From: Nanoarchaeum equitans Kin4-M
Lineage (GTDB): Archaea > Nanobdellota > Nanobdellia > Nanobdellales > Nanoarchaeaceae
Length of the DNA: 32,000 nucleotides
Direction: 5' to 3'
Assembly (NCBI GenBank): GCA_000008085.1
Contig: AE017199.1
Location: forward strand, 180,001-212,000
Both the position numbers and the translations under genes were made by a program. How positions within the stretch are numbered: the stretch's first letter is position 1; each line of letters begins with the position of its first letter. This document shows positions 28,039-32,000 of the stretch, piece after piece. The notes under the pieces are model-generated. The model was not told the origin of the DNA. It saw nothing but the letters and a program-made list of their open reading frames with translations, and searched no databases.

Positions 28039-28752
28039 ATGCGTTGTTTGCTATGTGGAAAAGAAACCGATAAAACTATAGAAGGTTTGTGCTTAGATTG
28101 CTATATAAAGAAAAATCCTCCTTTAATTAAAATTAGCCCTATAGTAGTTTGCAAATATTGTGGTAAAGTAAAAGTAGGTAAGGTGTGGAAAAAAATAGAT
28201 ATAAAAAAATTGGTAAAAGTTAAGCCCCCTTACAAATTAGAATCCATCGAAGATGGGATAGTTTTATCCTTAGAAGGAGAGCTGTTCAAATTCGATTATA
28301 ATGTGCCAATAAACTATGGAATATGTCCCCAATGTGCTAGACAACAATCCGAATACTATGAAACCATTTTACAATTAAGGGGGGAAAATGCCATTAAAGA
28401 AGCATTAAAAATTATTGGTCAAAGACAATACAGAATATCGAAATATGAAGAGAAAGAAGAAGGCTTAGATCTATATATGGTAAGTTATAGGGAAGCGGAA
28501 AAGCTAGTAAAAGAACTAAAACAAAAAATAAATGGAATAATTAAGAAAACCTTCAAATTACATACGAGAGACAAACAAACATCGAAAGATATTTATAGAT
28601 CGACCATATTGTTTAGGGAAGTTAAGCTAAAAGAAGGACAAACTTTAATCCACAATGGGAAAAAATACAAAGTTCTAAAAGTTAGTGACGATTATGTTAT
28701 TGTGAGACATGGTAATGAAATAGCGCGTATTCCATTAAAGAAATTAATATAA
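28039..28752 (+). CDS. nmd3: Nmd3-family 60S/50S export-assembly-type protein; start revised from 27979 to ATG at 28039
   Basis: MRCLLCGKETDKTIEGLCLDCY...VCKYCGKVKVGKVW...YGICPQCARQQSEYYETILQLRG; TTTATAAT box 25.5 bp upstream supports the shorter start. Confidence 0.83.
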   Translation: MRCLLCGKETDKTIEGLCLDCYIKKNPPLIKISPIVVCKYCGKVKVGKVWKKIDIKKLVKVKPPYKLESIEDGIVLSLEGELFKFDYNVPINYGICPQCARQQSEYYETILQLRGENAIKEALKIIGQRQYRISKYEEKEEGLDLYMVSYREAEKLVKELKQKINGIIKKTFKLHTRDKQTSKDIYRSTILFREVKLKEGQTLIHNGKKYKVLKVSDDYVIVRHGNEIARIPLKKLI

Positions 28753-28773
28753 AAACATAGTTACTAATAAGTA

Positions 28774-28813
28774 AAAATACCCTCAAAGACTTTTAAAGAA
28801 AAAGGGGTATTTT
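28774..28813. promoter_or_regulatory. TATA-centred 9-bp inverted repeat upstream of surface protein gene
   Basis: AAAATACCC (28774-28782) and GGGTATTTT (28805-28813) flank CTTTTAAAG (28790-28798); the box is about 25.5 bp upstream of ATG 28820. Confidence 0.6.
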
Positions 28814-28819
28814 CTTAAT

Positions 28820-29830
28820 ATGAAAAAGATGTTCGTTCCATTAATGGCAGCAATGCCATTTCTAGCAATAGGTCTAGCAGCGAATCCTGTTTTGTTTAAA
28901 GCCAAAGAAGTAAAAGTAGAGCCCCATTGTGATTTTGTAGAAGAAACAAAAACTTATACAATAAATGGAGAGAAATATGAGGTAGACCATGTTTGCAAAA
29001 CAACAAACGAATATGTAACATTCACATCGGTATGGACTAACGAAGATAATTGTTATTTAGACGATACCCAAGGAGCAGTATGTCAAACAGAAAATCCAAC
29101 AGAAGTTAGATTATACGGTTTCGTATTTGTAACAAAAACAGATAATGGATTTAAATGTACAGATAAAACCGGAGGAAATGAAGCATATGGTAAAACAGTA
29201 AGTGAATGTATTGCCAATTACCTAAAAGGAAACAACAATGTAAATGTAGAGGTAAAAATAGAAAATGGAAACACTTTAGTAATTGAATATAAAGCTAATT
29301 ATGAAAACCCAGTAGAATTTGGTTACAAAGATTATTTCGTGAGATATAACCCTACAACAAAATTCGGTTATGTATTACCAGTTGTTAAAGTAGAAGGCAA
29401 TACCGTATATGTAGATCCATCTGAATTCCAAACCTCTAAAAATGCTGAAAGAATGAGAGCATTATTCGAAGATGTAGCAAATAGCCAAACAACAGTAACA
29501 CAAGAAGAAACAAAAGAAACAACAACAGAGACAACCGAAACTACAGAAACAGAAAAGAAAGAAGAAACTAAAGAAGAGGAAACCACAACAGAAGCTAAAC
29601 AAGGAGAAGCCACAGAAGAAACCAAAGAACAAGCCGAAAAGACAGGAGAAGAAAAAGAAACTGAAAAAGAAAAAATGGGAGAAAAAGAAACCAAAGAAAC
29701 TAAACAAGAACAAACCAAACAAGAAACCAAACAAGGATTCCCAACCACATACTTATTAGCAGCTGCAGTAGTAATTGCAGCAATAGCTGGAGCTGTTTAC
29801 TTCTTCAAGCAACAACAACAAGAGCAATAA
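28820..29830 (+). CDS. Putative cell-surface protein: signal peptide, Cys-containing ectodomain, Thr/Glu/Lys-rich stalk, C-terminal TM anchor
   Basis: MKKMFVPLMAAMPFLAIGLAANP...; ETKKEETKEEETTTEAKQGEATEETKEQ... stalk; FPTTYLLAAAVVIAAIAGAVYFF. Confidence 0.8.
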   Translation: MKKMFVPLMAAMPFLAIGLAANPVLFKAKEVKVEPHCDFVEETKTYTINGEKYEVDHVCKTTNEYVTFTSVWTNEDNCYLDDTQGAVCQTENPTEVRLYGFVFVTKTDNGFKCTDKTGGNEAYGKTVSECIANYLKGNNNVNVEVKIENGNTLVIEYKANYENPVEFGYKDYFVRYNPTTKFGYVLPVVKVEGNTVYVDPSEFQTSKNAERMRALFEDVANSQTTVTQEETKETTTETTETTETEKKEETKEEETTTEAKQGEATEETKEQAEKTGEEKETEKEKMGEKETKETKQEQTKQETKQGFPTTYLLAAAVVIAAIAGAVYFFKQQQQEQ

Positions 29831-29834
29831 AATT

Positions 29835-30422
29835 TTGATTCTCTATTATTTAAAACTCTCTATAGTTATACCTTTACTTCTATTCCTAAACTATTTAATT
29901 TCTAAATTTATAGGACGATCCGTAAAATTAATAATAGATTATTTGCATATTGATGATTGGCTTAAAGCTAAAAATTTAGGCAATGCTTTGTATGGAATAA
30001 AAATTGATGAAATCGTACCATTTTTAACTAAGCTAATAGTATTTATTTTTCTATTGCAATATTTATCATGGGTTAAGATTAAAGAGTTGCAATTATTATT
30101 TATGCTTGTCTCCCTCTATGGAACAATAATATTTTCTTTGGGCCTAGTATTAATAGTTGGTCTAATTTTTGGAGAAATAATAAAGCAATTGATATTAAAA
30201 ACCAACATAGATATAAAAGAAAGGCTTGGAGAAAACATAAAACTATTTATTGCCTCTCTATTCGTTGTTTCTTCAATAAATATAATAAGCTATTTACTTG
30301 TTTTCACTCCATTTGAAATAGATACTAGTATTGTAAATTTGGTTTTCTTTATTCTAACTCTATTTTTGTTTGCGCCATTATTATTAAGAATAGCCGTAAA
30401 AACCTATTATGGTAGGTTATGA
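29835..30422 (+). CDS. Hypothetical integral membrane protein (start uncertain)
   Basis: About 195 aa with several hydrophobic segments; longest form begins with TTG. Confidence 0.6.
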   Translation: MILYYLKLSIVIPLLLFLNYLISKFIGRSVKLIIDYLHIDDWLKAKNLGNALYGIKIDEIVPFLTKLIVFIFLLQYLSWVKIKELQLLFMLVSLYGTIIFSLGLVLIVGLIFGEIIKQLILKTNIDIKERLGENIKLFIASLFVVSSINIISYLLVFTPFEIDTSIVNLVFFILTLFLFAPLLLRIAVKTYYGRL

Positions 30423-30936
30423 GCCTGCAGAAGACACATTTTTGTTATTAAAATGGGCCAAAAAATTTGCTAAAGGCAAAATATTAGAAATCGGAGTAGG
30501 AAGCGGTTACATATTAGAAAACCTATTAAAAAAGGGCTTCGATGCTTATGGAGTAGAAATAGACAAAGATGTTTTAAAATATTTAAAAGAAAAATTTAAA
30601 GACAGGGTTTGGTATAGCGATTTATTTAGCAATGTAAATGACAAATACGATCTAATAATTTTTAACCCGCCTTATTTACCAGAAGAAGGTTGGGAAGATG
30701 AAAAAACAAAACTATGGACCGTAGGAGGAAAAGAAGGCAACGAAATAATATTAAAATTTATAGAACAATTGCCATTCTATTTAAAGGAGGGGGGAAAAGC
30801 CATAATAATAGTAAGCTCTCTATCAAATCCAAATAAAGTGTTTGAAAAAATAAAAGAATTAGGAATGAAATACGAAATATTGGAGGAAATGTCATTGTTT
30901 TTTGAAAGGCTTTACGCTGTTCTTATTTATAAATAA
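30409..30936 (+). CDS. HemK/Mtq2-like N5-glutamine or related methyltransferase
   Basis: YEPAEDTFLLLKWAKK, ILEIGVGSGYILENL, LIIFNPPYLPEEGWEDE. Confidence 0.85.
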   Translation: MVGYEPAEDTFLLLKWAKKFAKGKILEIGVGSGYILENLLKKGFDAYGVEIDKDVLKYLKEKFKDRVWYSDLFSNVNDKYDLIIFNPPYLPEEGWEDEKTKLWTVGGKEGNEIILKFIEQLPFYLKEGGKAIIIVSSLSNPNKVFEKIKELGMKYEILEEMSLFFERLYAVLIYK

Positions 30937-30953
30937 TAGTTTTAGTATCAAAG

Positions 30954-32000
30954 ATGAAAAAGTTCTTTGTAACAGCAGCGTTCCCATATGTAAATGGTTA
31001 TTTACATTTGGGCCATCTAGTAACATACATAAAAGCAGAAATTACAGCAAGATACAAGAAAATGAGGGGTTATGATGTTTTATTCCCAATGGGCTTCCAT
31101 GCTACTGGTGCCCCAATATATGCTGCGGCATATAAAGTATCTATTGGGGATCCTAAACAAATAGAAACTTTAAAGAAAATGGGAATAAAAGACATAGAAA
31201 AATTCAAAGACCCAGCTTATTGGGTTGAGTATTTCTCTAAAGCAGCAAAAGAGGATTTATCTAAATTGGGCTTTATGATAGAATGGGAAAGATCTTTTAC
31301 CACAGTATTCAACAAACCATTCCATAAATTTGTTGAATGGCAATACCACAGGCTTAGAGAGAAAGGTTATATCTATAGAGGGGCACACCCAATTGTATGG
31401 GATCCAAAAGTTAATATGGTTATTGGCGACCACGATAGGCCCGATGATTATGCTGGAATAAGACCAATAGAAGGAGTAATAATTAAATTCTATTCAAAAG
31501 ACTTAGATGCGTATTTGCCAGCATTTACATTAAGACCAGAAACAGTTTTTGGAGTAGTAAACATATGGGTAAACCCAGAAACCGAATATGTATTAGCAAA
31601 GGTCAAAAAAGTATTTTATGTATACGAATTGTATAGTCTATACAAAAAATTTGGAAGGCTCCCATTAAATATAGAAAATAGGGACAAACTAGAAAAACTA
31701 ATTCAAGACTATAATAATCTATTAGATAGGCTAAAGCAATATGAAAAAGGTATAGATTTGATAGCCCACGCTGAAGAGATTGCCTATAAACCAAAAGAAG
31801 AATTTGTTAAAGAATTAAAAGAATTCGCTGAAAAAGAAGGCATTAAAATAGAAGAAAAAGATATAGAATTACTATATGAATATTACAATACAAAAGTAGA
31901 AACCCAAGAAGAAAAATGGATATTACCCAATACTATAGTAATAGAAGAGCTTAAAAACCAAGATTTTGAAATAGAAATAATAGGTAAAATAGATAAACTA
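30954..32000 (+). CDS. leuS: Leucyl-tRNA synthetase, N-terminal part (runs off window)
   Basis: Hand translation MKKFFVTAAFPYVNGYLHLGHLVTYIKAEITARYKKMRGYDVLFPMGFHATGAPI...TLRPETVFGVVNIWVNPE; open to 32000 (349 codons). Confidence 0.92.
   Translation, partial: MKKFFVTAAFPYVNGYLHLGHLVTYIKAEITARYKKMRGYDVLFPMGFHATGAPIYAAAYKVSIGDPKQIETLKKMGIKDIEKFKDPAYWVEYFSKAAKEDLSKLGFMIEWERSFTTVFNKPFHKFVEWQYHRLREKGYIYRGAHPIVWDPKVNMVIGDHDRPDDYAGIRPIEGVIIKFYSKDLDAYLPAFTLRPETVFGVVNIWVNPETEYVLAKVKKVFYVYELYSLYKKFGRLPLNIENRDKLEKLIQDYNNLLDRLKQYEKGIDLIAHAEEIAYKPKEEFVKELKEFAEKEGIKIEEKDIELLYEYYNTKVETQEEKWILPNTIVIEELKNQDFEIEIIGKIDKL

Noticed and set aside
29368-29748. - strand ORFs of 126 and 90 aa (Val/Ser-rich and Phe/Cys-rich) opposite the surface protein
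   Set aside because: Direct antisense of the GAA/ACA/AAA-rich stalk repeat; composition explained by the repeat.
29835-29875. TTG at 29835 as definite start of the 195-aa membrane protein
   Set aside because: No box lies about 24 bp upstream of it; a TTTAAA at 29849-29854 points to a start further downstream, but no in-frame ATG/GTG/TTG sits there, so the start is left uncertain.
31603-31794. - strand 63-aa ORF
   Set aside because: Antisense to the leuS insertion region, which is in frame with a clear LeuRS.
1-32000. CRISPR arrays, cas genes, transposases, integrases, restriction-modification or toxin-antitoxin systems
   Set aside because: No tandem spaced repeats, terminal inverted repeats or recognisable proteins of these classes; the HIT and Lrp genes alone are not evidence of such a system.

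Overview
This window looks like very compact, AT-rich chromosomal DNA from a Nanoarchaeota-like DPANN archaeon. That assignment is inferred from archaeal-type proteins, a split AlaRS C-terminal half and extreme compaction. Nearly every base is coding. I see no rRNA, tRNA, CRISPR array or transposon. Most genes are informational: ribosomal proteins P1/L12, L22, L13, S27e and S14; aEF1-beta, RpoK, Spt4, Nob1, Nmd3, Dph2 and Trm5; Arg-, Pro-, Ile- and Leu-tRNA synthetases and half of AlaRS; tRNA-splicing endonuclease, proteasome beta and an RPA-like OB protein. The rest are part of an A-type ATPase cluster, a MoxR/DUF58 pair and several orphan membrane or surface proteins. The main second-look items are: (1) a 44-aa Sec61-beta-like gene absent from the ORF track (18657..18791 +), which implies a downstream start for the divergent ureohydrolase gene; (2) near-constant placement of a TTTAAA/TTTATAAA box about 23.5-25.5 bp from start codons, pointing to leaderless genes, including two divergent pairs that appear to share one palindromic TATA box; (3) a 9-bp inverted repeat centred on the TATA box of a surface-protein gene; (4) a large orphan membrane protein (668 aa) next to a small internally duplicated protein; (5) a split AlaRS, a LeuRS with a roughly 100-aa editing-domain insertion, a HIT protein lacking its histidine triad, and a TIM-barrel protein interrupted by a large coiled coil. 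I found no convincing evidence of a new defence or mobile system.
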